From NCBI GenBank assembly GCA_963823685.1, contig CAWGMM010000001.1:60355-124354 (forward strand): DNA of 64,000 nucleotides, given 5' to 3'. A program made the translations under genes and the position numbers. Shown here piece after piece: positions 63,826 through 64,000 of this stretch. A model generated the notes under the pieces. That model was not told the origin of the DNA, did no database searches, and saw only the letters and a list, made by a program, of their open reading frames with translations. The first letter of the stretch is position 1; every line of letters begins with the position of its first letter. This DNA comes from an uncultured Isosphaeraceae bacterium. GTDB lineage: Bacteria; Planctomycetota; Planctomycetia; Isosphaerales; Isosphaeraceae.

Positions 63826-64000
63826 CCGGGACCTCGTTCCCCCCGAACCCGCGACCTGAGGAAATCGAGGATCTCGGCGGCCACGTCGATCCCGTTGGCC
63901 TGAGCCAGCGCCCGCCAGCCGGGGACGGCGTTGACCTCGAGGACGACCAGGGTTCCGCGATCGAGGTCCGGCATCAGGTCGACTCCCGCCATCTCGGCCC
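63826..64000 (-). CDS. RimK-like ATP-grasp ligase (C-terminal fragment; gene continues beyond the window end)
   Basis: Minus-strand translation ...AEMAGVDLMPDLDRGTLVVLEVNAVPGWRALAQANGIDVAAEILDFL-stop. Confidence 0.5.

Overview
This is a high-GC (about 70%) bacterial chromosomal window; gene content (Amt pair, sulfatases, PSCyt1/DUF1549/DUF1553/DUF1501 genes, ThuA-DUF1080 fusions, Fae plus H4MPT-biosynthesis genes) points to a Planctomycetota genome. Coding density is high on both strands. Content: (i) a housekeeping block (sucCD, NUDIX, amidase, fae, two tandem ammonium transporters, two divergent sulfatases); (ii) an accessory region at 30.4-42.4 kb with two paralogous Uma2-family nuclease genes carrying 21-bp tandem coding repeats around an SPFH gene and a tRNA-Ile-like gene, followed by a roughly 7.3 kb integrative element bounded by a perfect 43-bp direct repeat of the tRNA-Arg(CCG) 3' end, carrying a tyrosine integrase, an AlpA-like regulator, a TerS-like protein, an AEP-primase/PriCT/DnaB-like helicase gene and iteron-like repeats, i.e. 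a phage-satellite (PICI-like) organisation; (iii) a SAM-I riboswitch in front of a thrC-like / ThiS-like(GG) / ThiF-MoeZ / class-V aminotransferase operon, a candidate protein-thiocarboxylate-dependent homocysteine pathway; (iv) a tetrahydromethanopterin-biosynthesis-like cluster at the 3' end. Many genes are split across reading frames, clustered at 21-27 kb, 37.6-40 kb, 42.4-50.2 kb, 53-58 kb and 58.8-62.9 kb, with two isolated cases near 6.3 kb and 14.9 kb; sequencing indels are suspected but pseudogenisation cannot be excluded from sequence alone. Coordinates of frameshifted genes are approximate.
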